DNA of 64,000 nucleotides. Source: Lophium mytilinum (Eukaryota). The DNA lies in contig MU004192.1 of assembly GCA_010093605.1 (NCBI GenBank), positions 1,186,882 to 1,250,881 on the forward strand. The letters run 5' to 3'. This document shows positions 12,084-23,407 of this stretch, piece by piece. The notes under the pieces were generated by a model. The model searched no databases, was not told the DNA's origin, and was given only the letters and a program-made list of their open reading frames with translations. Positions within the stretch are counted from its first letter, which is position 1. Every line of letters begins with the position of its first letter. Both the position numbers and the translations under genes were made by a program.

Positions 12084-13773
12084 ACCATATTCCCCTTACT
12101 ACTAACAAGCCAGGACGTTTAACGACTTTCCAATGCTACTGCGGCTGGTAAAGTCAACACTGTTAAAAAAAATACAGCTTAAGTGTAGCAACTTCATTTA
12201 TGGCGAAGTGATGGTCAGAAACTAAATAGGCCACTTTCAAGCTTCCGAAAAGGGCTTCGTAAGACAAGTCCCTCGCAACCTAATTGCTTTACTAGATTTT
12301 CTTGACTGCGGGCTCGTATTCTCAGCCTCGTCTAAAGCCTCATCTATACGCCTCAACTTCACCCTTTCGTATGTACAACAAGAACACCCATTTCCTCGAG
12401 CATCAACCTTATCTCCTCAATCATCAAGACCTGCTTCCCACAAAATCCACGGACTTCACATGTCGTATACCCTGTCCTATTCGCGACAACACTCCGTGCC
12501 AGGTAGCTACACGTACAATTCCGTCACGATCAATGCAACCTAATATTCCATTCAATCTACCGTCTTGCAAAGCTAGCTTTCAGCCAGCAGTCATGACTCG
12601 CCTAATGAAACACTCTTCTAGAGGATGTCCTCTCTTCGAGAGCCTCTTTTTAGAAGACATCCCCTTTATAATCAATTTCTTTAGTCGGAGTTCTTCTCCG
12701 CAATGCTTCTATTTCGTACTAAGACTCTTGTCCAGGGATGTAATATCACAATACAATCCTTTTGGTCAATGTCACTTCAGAGTGTATCTTGCTAACCTAG
12801 TGCTCTCGGAATCCGATGTTCTGTTAAGATATTGCGGCCTACAAAGCATTTCCGCCGAGTACAGTGTTGGCCCTATTTAAATATATTACCTTTGAATAAG
12901 ATTCAAACTAGATGACATCTTCCAGAAAGAGGCCATACCCTCGCTGAGATCTTGCTCAACTATAATACTCCCCTATTAGAATGCGATCTCCGCAGTATAA
13001 CGCACTTCCAAGATTTTCAGTCGTTAGAGTACCTTCATACCAACATAGCTCTTTCGCAAGCTAAATCAAGTTCTCCTACATCGTCACATGCGCCAATTGC
13101 TTCCTAATCACCATTCTCATTTTCCAAAATATCTCACTGACGAAAGAGGTTTCGACAAACTACCATACAACCTTTCTCAGCCAGCGTAGTATCCCCGAAA
13201 AGTACATTGCTACGAAGGCCTCCCAGCGCAGCTCTCCAAACCCCTTCGAAGTATCTTCCGTAGCTAACGTTGTATCCTCGAGAAACACAATATCAGCAAG
13301 GCCTCCATCCCTGAACCCTCCCCCCCCCCCTCCAGAAACAAAGAGCAAAAAAAAAACTTCCTCTCGCTTCCCAAGCTCCATTCTCAACTTACATCATATT
13401 AAATTCCTACTATGTTGTCATAAACCCCGCGAAGGTAGAGTGAGCAACGAAAGGGGGATTCAACCTGCGGTAGGTTCTGAGGTTTCTCGCCCCATGTCAG
13501 ATAGGCCCCCATAACACCCCCAGAATTCAACAACGACCTGTCAGAGCCTGGATCCGATGATTGGGCCCCATTGCGCGCCTAAGATATAACATGATCACTT
13601 AAATATCACACACTGTCGTCACACGAGCTCCAAGTGGCACAAACCCCGACCTAGGTCAGAACGAGTCTATTCATACACTAACCACCCCAAGCTCAGGATC
13701 CCAAGAAATGGCAGCAACCACACCTCAATCTGGCTTGTTCTACGAAGCTTGAACCCCACCTTCTATAACCCCC

Positions 13774-15376
13774 TTACTCGGCCACCCACACCGCCGCCAT
13801 CCCCATCCCCGTCCCAATACACATACTCGTAACCCCAACCCGCTCCCCCCTCCGCTTCAACTCATACAACAACGTGCTCACCTGCCTCGCTCCAGTACAC
13901 CCCAGCGGATGCCCAAACGCAATCGCGCCGCCCTTCGGATTGATCTTCTTCTCATCCAATCCCAACTCCTTGATGCAATACAAACACTGACTCGCAAACG
14001 CCTCGTTGATCTCGTAGATATCAACCTCCCCCTTGTCCAGCCCTGTCTTCGCCAGCACCACCGGAATCGCGGCCGCAGGACCCACGCCCATAAGCAGCGG
14101 CGGCACGCCCACAACCGACGCCTGGACGAATTTACCGAGGATAGGCTGGTTCAGCTTTAGTGCCGTAGAGCGCTTCATAAGTAGCACCGCCGCCGCGCCG
14201 TCAGAGATCTGCGAAGCGTTGCCAGCGTGGATACTGCCGTCCTTCGCGAACGCAGGGCGGATTTTCGCGAGGGATTCGGCAGTGATGCCAGGGCGGATGC
14301 CGTCGTCTTTCGCCACAGTGATAGTTTTCTCCTCGTCAGTCTTCGGGTCCGTCCACTTCACAGTGACGGGGGCGATCTCCTGGTCGAAGAGACCCTGCTT
14401 CTGGGCCTCGACGGCTTTTTGGAACGAGGAGGCGGCGAAGGCGTCTTGGGCGCTGCGGGGGATGGATTTGGATTTTGCCATGGCTTCCGAGAGCACGCCC
14501 ATGGGGACTTTGCAATTGGCGGCTTCTTTGTGGGATTCGAGGAGTTCGGAGAATTCGGTGACGGCTTGGGGGCTGGGATTGTTAGGGATGGGCGCTTTTT
14601 GCAACGAGAGTGTAGAGGATAATTGGTATCACTGACCCGTATTGTGTACTCATGCTCTCCACACCGGCGCCAATGCCGATGTCAATCACGCCTGCCCGGA
14701 TCTCATTCGCGATATCCACACACGCCTGCAGACCGCTCGAGCACTGCCGGTTCAAGCTCTTCACCGCTGCCGTCACTGGGAATCCGGCGGCTAGGGCGGC
14801 GGCTCTGAACTCTGTCGCTCCACCTCCCGGTGCGAGCACTGTGCCGACGGCTATGTCTTCGACGAGGGCGGGGTCTATGCCCGAGCGGTCGAGTAGCGAG
14901 GTGAAGGAGGCGACGAGGAGGTCGGCGGCGGCGGTGTCTTTGAGGAGGCCTTTGCCGCCTTTACAAATAGGAGTGCGGAGGGCACATGTGACGACGATCT
15001 AGGGGACATTGTCAGTTTTGGTTGTTTTGTGAGAAGAAGTCCCGAAACCGGCGGAGGCGGCGGGGAGGGCTTTGGGGGCAAAAAGACGTATAAGCAGCAC
15101 GATGAGGTCTAGACATAGAGCGGACTGTGCCTGCTTCTTTTGATAGAAGTTATGAAAGAGGTACTCACATCATCTGGACCCTTCTCTAGAAGCGCTGCTC
15201 GTCCTTTGGGGATTTGAGATCCGGTAGCGGTGATGTGGTCTCCGACCTGGCTCAAGCGGTCCTGGGCTACGCACTCGTCAGCTCGTTTCTTTACTCTTTA
15301 CATTGCCAGCAGGTGGTTGACGTAGGGAAAAGAAGAATCGCTTACCCGCAGAAGCCCGTCCTGTCTGGTTCGCCAT
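13774..15376 (-). CDS. POT1: Peroxisomal 3-ketoacyl-CoA thiolase
   Basis: Thiolase motifs NRQCSSGLQA, NEAFA, GGAIAFGHPLGCTGARQ and SMCIGTGMG. The spliced N-terminus carries a PTS2-like RLSQVGDHI. At least 3 introns. Confidence 0.93.
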
Positions 15377-16350
15377 CTTGTTGTTGAAAGGTTCCAGGAA
15401 TCTACGCTTCAAAGCTCAAACTCCAGGAATGCGAGATTGGTTTGTGAAAAAGAGAGCGGTTCAGTGAATATAGCAGTTTTGCAGGAGAGAAAAAGGAGGT
15501 GTAGGTGTAGGTGTTTATGAAAGAGCAGCAGCGCATGTGAAGACTGCGGTGTGAGACGGACGTCTATCCTTTATGACATAGCTCCTCTGTCCAGATCCTC
15601 GCCGCCGCCGAGGTATGTCCGCATACAGAATAGCGGCAAAGTGAAGAGTACGGCATGCTGCGACTCCTACTTAGCAGTTCGGCTGCTGATTCTTCGAAAC
15701 CGCAACAGAACGCTTCTTTGTATGGTTCAAAATAGCGCATCGTGGAGAAAATAACATAGCAGAGCTACCTACTATTATTACAGCATCGAAACTCTCCGAG
15801 CACACTGATATTTGGCCTGTGGCTTCAATTTTAGTGATTTCAGGGTGTTACATAGTCTCCCGTACACCACCAATCTTCACATGTCAGACGCACGTCACGA
15901 GCTCTCGAAACTGTGAAACGGCCACCGTGCGGCGAATGTAATCAAAGTCAGGTGGACACCGGGGTACGGAGTTGTGGGGATAGCATGCCAGCTGAATTGC
16001 AACACCGAGGTCGTGAGGCTTTTGGGATGAAACTCCGTGTCAGTAGGGACATCTCCTACGAATGACCCGAGTACAGTACCTAGGCACGGAATAGGACCCC
16101 CAATTTGAAGAAGAAACATCTTGAATGTTGAACAGCAAGAAGCAGATTCCCACCCCATAATCTCTGCCATGGTAACAACACGCCTCTAGCTCTAGAAATA
16201 AAAGTCCATTTTAGAGCATAAAAGTCCCAGGTCCATTCCAACGCCATGCCAGATCATCCGTCCCATCCGATACCATCTCATTGCCTCATACGCCAGTCCC
16301 TATCCCACCAGCACCAGCACCACATCCCCATTGTCATTCCTTCCGTCCTG

Positions 16351-17536
16351 TTACCTCTCCTCTGTCTCCCCACTCCTAATTCTCCTCTCCAGCTCCTCAA
16401 CAATACTCCCCCGCTGCACCTCCTCATACCCCGGCGGCGGCTCCACAGGTGTCTGAAACGTCTCCTCCCTCGGACTCTGCCCACTCGCCCGCCTGGCCTG
16501 TGCCTCAAGCCCGAATCCCACACTCCCATTCCTCTGTCCAGGGCTCAGTGGTGAACTGGGCACGCTCTCCGTCGCCGATACAGACGCCGTGCTGGGTGCC
16601 TCATATGCCGGCAGATCCTCCAGATGCACGCGATTCCAGTCGACCCCCTCAGGTCCTGTATCCGGCCCTCTCGAAGGGGCTTCCTCCCGCGCGCTCTCTA
16701 CTGCTTGCGCCAGCCGCTCTTTTAGGCGTTCGTAGGAGGTGTGGAAGTCGAAAGCGCCGCCTTCTTTGAAAGTGAGTTTGAGCTCAAGAGCTGCGTGCGA
16801 GGGGGGTATTCCTCCATTAGGGACGGGCTGAACGATGGCGGACCAGACGTTGGGACCGAACCACGGGGCTGTGACGTGGGTGTCGTGGAGGTTGAGGATG
16901 GGGGAGGCGAAGGACTGAAGAGATGAAGATGGGGTGGTAGGGAGGTATATCAGCTATGATTGTTGCAAATGTTAACATTGTTACATCTTTGGGCATGAAT
17001 GTGCCACGAAGGGTATTCTAGGTAGTGAAAGTCTGGAGAGTGTACAGGACATACCCGTCGATTCGACAGAAACACAACGCCCCCGCTACTCGATACCGAG
17101 TATGTCTCGCCCCCGTTCTTGTTCAAGCTCTGCAAGCTCAGCGCCGTACGCGGCGGACTCGTGTATAGCGTCTTCTCTCCAGGCAGTGGCGTGAAGCCCG
17201 CGCCGTCCTCGGACAGCATCACCCAGCTATCATCTCGTAAGCGACTGCCTCTACGCCCAAGCAACGTCCTCGATCGCATCGCTAGGTATAGACAGGTCAC
17301 CAGGACCGACTCCTTATAATGGGTATGCGGGGTGGAGGGGCAACAGCAACAAAAGACAGACGAAACTGGCTGAGGGGGACATGTGTATAAAGGGCACCGG
17401 CAGTCGGTCCTATACCAGGCCTGGAAAGGAGACAGAGAGGGGTTCCGATGGCTTGAGCAAACAAGCTCCTCGCGGGGTAGATAGGCAGCTATGCAGAAAA
17501 GGAAGCCAACGGGAGATGCACGTACTTTATGGACAT
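16351..17536 (-). CDS. WW-domain-binding protein 2 (WBP2)-like PH/GRAM protein
   Basis: Spliced start MSIN|WVML...FTPLPGE, a VQPVPNGGIP-like core, and C-terminal LPAY and PPPGY (PY) motifs. Confidence 0.8.
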
Positions 17537-18327
17537 GGCGACGCCTCCTCTCCGCTTAAGCCAGACGCAAGATGCAAGCTCGGGGTGCTCCCTCGTGCGT
17601 CTCTCGAGTCGTTCGGCGGGTACTAGGGCACTCGCAGGTCGTGGTTGGGGTGCTTGGGGTGCAGTACTATCTCGAAGTTTGCTGTCGAGGATGGCAAAGT
17701 CCAGTAGCTCTCGCCGCAATAATGCCTACAGCTGCTCCAAGCGATCAGGCGTCGGGATCGGACCGTGTGCCCGCGGCGAATCAGGGCAGCTGGAAAGCGG
17801 CTTGCAATGGGCGTGCTAGCTGTCTTGTCCTTAGCAGTGAATGTCGGCGCGCGGTGCTGTGCATTGCGGGGCGCCGGGGGAGCGACTGTCGACGTTTAAA
17901 GAGCGCAGTTGCCGCCAATCGCGGCAAAGAATAAAATGATTTACAGCGCCAGAGAGCCCATCTCGCATCCTTCGCTGTTGATGTACTGGACAGTATTGGA
18001 CAGTATCGTCCGCTAATCGAGTACTCGCAGCTACCGTCGGTCTCGTGAGGATGCCATCTGACAAAGCCCAGGTTGGAACGCCAAGCGCTGCCAAAAGACG
18101 GGTCCTTCCGCGAGACCGTGGCATCCTGAGACTGCAGGTGGGTTCCCTATGTTTCAGACAGGGAATGCATTCATTGTAATAGACTGCCATTCAGCTAATC
18201 CCACTCTGGCTAAGTAAATGGCATAAGCTACTAAACGTGATCTACCAGTCGGCACCTAGCTAAGATGTACGACCATATTAAGTTCATATCGCACCACAAT
18301 AACCCGATTCCCGAGTCGTGCCTCCAC

Positions 18328-21300
18328 TCAAAACAGCTGTTGGTCTTCCGCTTTCATCATAGCACCGACGTCGTCAATGCTTTCGCAGAGCAACCTGCCG
18401 CACTCCTCCTCAATCTCCTGTCCATCCCGTCCCACGAGCACCGCCTGCCCTTCGTTCATGCTATTCTTCAAATGTCCGACCCGGCTGAACCTCACGTCTG
18501 CGATCGTGATCCAGCGAATATAAAATGGGCCAGAGGTCGGCCAGAGCAAGTTCTTCGTCCAGCTAGGCGTTGGCGCTTCCCCAGGCGCCGATTGCATCCG
18601 AGCCTGGTGGAAGATCAATTTACAGTTTACAATAGCAAGCTGGAAGAACATCAAGGAGCAGATTATAATAAGAGATGGAGCACGTACATAGCCTTGGAAG
18701 CAAGTGCTTTTATTCACTGAGAAAACCAGAATCACATGTCGACACGTCCCAAATGCATTGGCGAGCAATTCCTCGTTGTGCGGTTGCGTCGCCCACACGC
18801 CCTCACGTTGGGCCGTTTGGACGTTATCGTGATTCCAAGATTTAATCATAAAGTAGCGAGCACCTGTCCAGAGCACACCAATCAGACATAATTACCCCGT
18901 TTCGGAGTATGATTTACATTAGAACTGCCCCGAAGGGAGGTGGCGACTAATAAGTCAAGCCACCTTGAAAGAGAAATCTGAACTATGAAAAGGGCCCTTG
19001 ATTGTGATGGAGTGATTGACAGAGAAGGTGACTCAAATGTGAGAATGGCCGTACTGACCGCCTGCCCCAAGTTGCAATGGACGATCCCGCTCCGGCTCCC
19101 TCGGGGGTGTTCTGGGACGACCTCCCCGGCCTCCAAATGTACCACGGCTATAGCCTCTTCCTCGTCCACGGTCGTTGTGATAGGTTGGGGAAGTGTCGTA
19201 GACACCGCTTGAAGTTCCAGGACGGTAGTTGCTGAATTCGCTACGATACTCAGGTGGGGGGCTGCGGGCCCGTTTATAGTGAGCGCGGGGTGGGCTCTCA
19301 TCCCTCCGGCTCTGATATGTGTTGCTGCGCGAAAGCATGTTACGGCCCTCTTCAACGCGACGGGCGCGTTCCTCCACGTATGATGGCAATCGGTGGGCTG
19401 GCTGTCTTAGTGGGCTTGGGCTCCTCTCTATCGCTCTATTGCGAGACGACCGAGGTTGAGATTGGGGTCCTCGAGAAGCGATATCATCGTCCATAACTCC
19501 TCGGATACGGAAGCCGTTTCCACTGTTCTCTACACTGTTGATAGTTAGTTTTCCGGATCATCAGAGCTGGCTCACTCGCCATTCTCCGCTCTGTCGTCGG
19601 GTTGTATGTGAATAACAAAATGATGGACACGAGAAACTTTACCTATGGGGGGATACGGGTCCTTTCTCATGGCCACCTCGCATTCCTACGTCAGTATGCT
19701 CGTCTAGCCGCTGCTGGGCACCTGCTACTGCATCCAATCGCGGTTGCTTATCAGGTCGCAGGGCCTGGGGCGCTGATGGCGACAGTCCACGCTTTTGCGG
19801 AGCTTCAATATTGTCATATTTTGAAGCAACCTCAAAAGTCTTTGCAGCTGTATTTTCGGCCGGTGGCAGTGGTGGCCGCATGGACGATGTTGAAGCGATT
19901 CTCCTAACAGCGGAAGCTCGTGAAGGAGCCCGGAACGCGCTTAGGCGTGGAAGGTAGGCGTGCTCGTCCTCATCTACGGGATATTCTTTATTGATGCGTT
20001 CCGCCTCCCTCTCAAGTTCCGCGAATGCTCTATGCCTATTGAGTAGCTTCTGACGATACTCGCGATCGTGATATCGAGTCATTTCGAGCCACTCATCCAG
20101 ATCATCGAAATAGTGGGAGTGTGCGGCAGCATTGATTGAACCACCCTCAGTCGCAAGCCGTTGATCATGGCCAGAGTCAACGCGAGAATTTGAAAGCACA
20201 ATCGCATTTTGGGTCGTCTTTTCAGCTGGCTGGCGCTGGGCTGCATTCTGGCCCTCAGCTGGAGGCTCCAAATTACGAGTCAAGGGGATTGAAGGTCGTC
20301 GAACAGAATTTTCTGGTTGTCGTTCGCCTTGGGTTGTCCGCTCAGGGTAGCTGTCTTTTCGAACTTGCTTCGTCGATGCTGTTGTTTCACGATTAGTAGT
20401 ATTGTTGCTAGGGGTAGAGCCATTAGCTTTAGTAGCTTGGGTCTGTATCTGAGCTGTCTGTGTTTCATTCTTGTTTGGTTGAGATCGCGAGTTATTCTGT
20501 CGAGGCAGATTTGTTGCTGGCTCTTGACGATCCCGAGCCTTGTCAGTATTGCTATCCTTGCGTTCAGGCTGAGCCGGCTGGATAGACTTTGAGGTTTCAG
20601 TGTTAGTACCCCCTCTCAGTACAGTTGGCTTTGCGACCTCTTTTCCTGGCAACAGTTGTTGTGCATTTGAACCAGCTTTGGGTTGGATCATTTCTCCCCA
20701 CCCTACGGATGGCTGAGGTGGAGACTTTTGTTTGGTCAATTTGGGTTGTTGCACTTGCTGTAATGGTTTTGGCGATTGAGCAGGGCCATTATTCTTGATG
20801 GTCGACGGAACAGTGGGTTTCTTCGTTGAAGACGCCGACACTGCAGTGGCTCTTCCTTGCGCAGTGGTTGTTGGCGGCGTAGCTTGCTTCGGAATAGACC
20901 ACGGAGCTTTGTTAGCAGAACTATCGATTCTACTGGGTATTGCTGCCTTAGTTGGAGTGTTCTTCGCATTGGCTGCCTCCGCAGCTGCCCTCTCCTCAGC
21001 GATGAAATTATCTACATCCGCGCTCATTGCAGATGGCGCCTGTTTTGGTTCCGCTGAAGGTGTACCACTCTTCCTGGACGCTAACAGCTTTTCTCGCAGG
21101 ACAGACAATTGTTGTTGGGCGGCAATCTTGGGGGCATTGGATTCGGGTTCGGTGGGTTGTGCTTTGACATCGCTCTGTGTAGGCTTCATGACTTAGCAGG
21201 TTTTCTTCACTTAGACCAGAAAGTAGGCACGGCTTCAGTGAGTAGAGATAGGACACAGGTGCGAGCGAATCTTACCGCGCCATCCAGCCCGGGAGTGGGA

Positions 21301-21488
21301 ATCGCTACACCAGCGGGGAGGATGCTGGGGACAGGCTCATTGGCCTCCTCCGGCTCATACATCCCGCCATCGTCGTCGTCGCCGTCAAACTCAACGTAGC
21401 CAGTGTCATCTCCGCCAACGTCGTATCCAGGATACGGATAAGTAAGTGGGTTGTATGGGAAGTAACCGGCTTGTGATTGCCAGTCCAT
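18328..21488 (-). CDS. YTH-domain RNA-binding protein (YTHDC1/Mmi1-like) with long disordered N-terminus
   Basis: RYFMIKSWNHDNV...GVWATQ...VILVFSVNKS..FQGY and VGRDGQEIE motifs. Co-oriented exons in ORFs 21207-21602, 19639-21189, 19033-19494 and 18328-18876. Confidence 0.88.
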
Positions 21489-22255
21489 GATCGCTGGCGG
21501 GGCCTCACGACGGCCGCAATCAAATGCCTTAATGTTTGTCGAATGGATAGTGCTTTGAAACGTCCGTGTGGGTGGTGTGGTGCCAGAGTCTAGTGAAGAC
21601 ACCGTGTCTGAGACAGAGGGTGTAGTGAGGTAGGAGGACGAGGTTGCGCGGAGCTCTTAGACTAATTTCACAGCATAGCAGGCGCGCGTCTAGTCATCCA
21701 ATTAGGCGAGTCGAGCGAGTACACCAGTAAAGTCACCCCTGGCTTAAGCGGCCCTTGGGCCCTCCTCTTCGAGTTTAGCGCACTTTCTTGCCCTTATGTT
21801 GTCTACGACATAAAGACCTTACATAAGCATAAATATCTTAGGGCAAAACTAATTCACCAAAGCCCATTTCCGCTTTCGGGCCTGAGCGTACCAGGTCTCA
21901 AAATGAGCTGTAACTTAAGCGAACCTGCGTTTGTGGCTGTGCCGTGCAATCCTACATAAGCATGCGTTGGCGGCCCTTAGCAAGCCTGCGTAAGCCAAGG
22001 CTGGCTGTTAGGCAATAGGAGCGTGATGAGGCTGTATTGCTGAGGATGTTGAGGAGAAGGGGCCGCGAGAGCGACGAGAAAGCTATATAGAATACTCCAG
22101 ACCCGTGCCTGTCTAAGTAGCCATCCTCACGTGCGTAACACACCACCTCATGTCGAACCCATCTCCCCTCCATAGTGCGAAACAAGCACGAGTTACCAAG
22201 TTGCAGCCTAGATTAACGTCTGCGGATTGGAGGACAACGGCTTGTGGACATCTAC

Positions 22256-22600
22256 TATCTAGTGGGAATGTGGGGAGCCTGGAGGCCGACAATGCGCAGA
22301 ATGGACGTTGTGATGAACTTCTCAGCACTAGCCATGATGACACCACAATGGCGAGGTCCTGGTACTTCGTGTTGAAGTGGTTCAAGTGTGCTTCGTCCTG
22401 GAAAGTCATGATAGTGATGACTTCGTAATCGAAATCGGCGGCGGTACCGCCAAATATGACGGGGGTGTCGCTGCCGGCCTGGTGCTGGCGACGGTTGTGT
22501 TGGGCTTGCGAGTCTCGAAGGCAGCGACGAGGTACGGGCAGTTGGTGCGAGCTTCTAAGGGGAGTGCGGCGAGGACGGCGTCTTGCGCAGGAATAGACAT
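22256..22600 (-). pseudogene. EthD-like (dimeric alpha/beta barrel) pseudogene
   Basis: Three frames hold CPYLVAAFETRKPNTT, DTPVIFGGTAADFDYEVITIMTFQDEAHL and IMASAEKFI, matching the layout of fungal EthD proteins. The central HYE..H.PL segment is missing and there are frameshifts. Confidence 0.55.
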
Positions 22601-23407
22601 GGCAGTTGAGAAGGTGAGGAACGTGGACAAGAGCTAGGCGGTAGAAAGCTTTATGTGAGTACCCTACCCACTGCGCCTCGAACCGTCGCCGTTCACATCC
22701 TTGAAATCTTAGACATGGATGGTCGTAGACATGACCGTGCTAATAACATCCGCCTATTTATATTGTAGGGGGGCTGAAAAGGCCCGAGTATGTAACTGTC
22801 AGTGGAAAGTAGATACGGAGATAGAAAATAAACAAGAGAAGACAAGGGGCGCTGATACCCTACAGAGTTTGACATTGAGTCGACATTATTATATAAGTAG
22901 CCCAGTTCCGAGTTATCCTATAAGATGGCCTATCTTGCATAGAAAGGTGAGTTGAAGATGAGCATTTTGAGTTGTGGCCGTACAGCCTGAGTAGAGGAAG
23001 AGCTTGGGGTAAGTTTGCTTATAAATGGGGGATACGGCGCTCGCTTAACTAGGACGTGAGAGTAGGTGTTCCACATTTCGTGATCGCTTTGAAGACTCAA
23101 ATATATTTAGCAAAAAGAATATCTACAAGAAGAAAGCAGAGACTCGTTACTCGGTGCAATCATCGATCATCGTCGTCAAATCATTACATCCCCATGCTAT
23201 CATGCAAGACGTAAAGAAAGTCGTGACCCATAGGGCATTAGAGAAAAAAGAAACAAGAACCCAATCCAAACCCAATCAAAGACCTAAACTCACTGAAACC
23301 CAGACTCCATCCATGGCCAACCGGACAGCAAATTTGACACCTAACTCAATAGAACCGTCTCGCTATCGAACCATTCTCAGAGCCAACCGCGGCAATGATT
23401 TAGAGTG

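Larger units (their letters stand above)
11433..12113 (+). other. 681-bp spliceosomal intron of a probable non-coding host transcript
   Basis: GTATGT donor at 11433, TACTAAC branch point at 12100-12106, CAG acceptor at 12111-12113. A CT-rich leader lies upstream (~11270-11432) and no credible ORF flanks it. Confidence 0.6.

Noticed and set aside
12302..13390. 192-aa ORF and possible minus-strand gene relic
   Set aside because: Non-ATG start, atypical composition and no recognisable family; cannot be supported.
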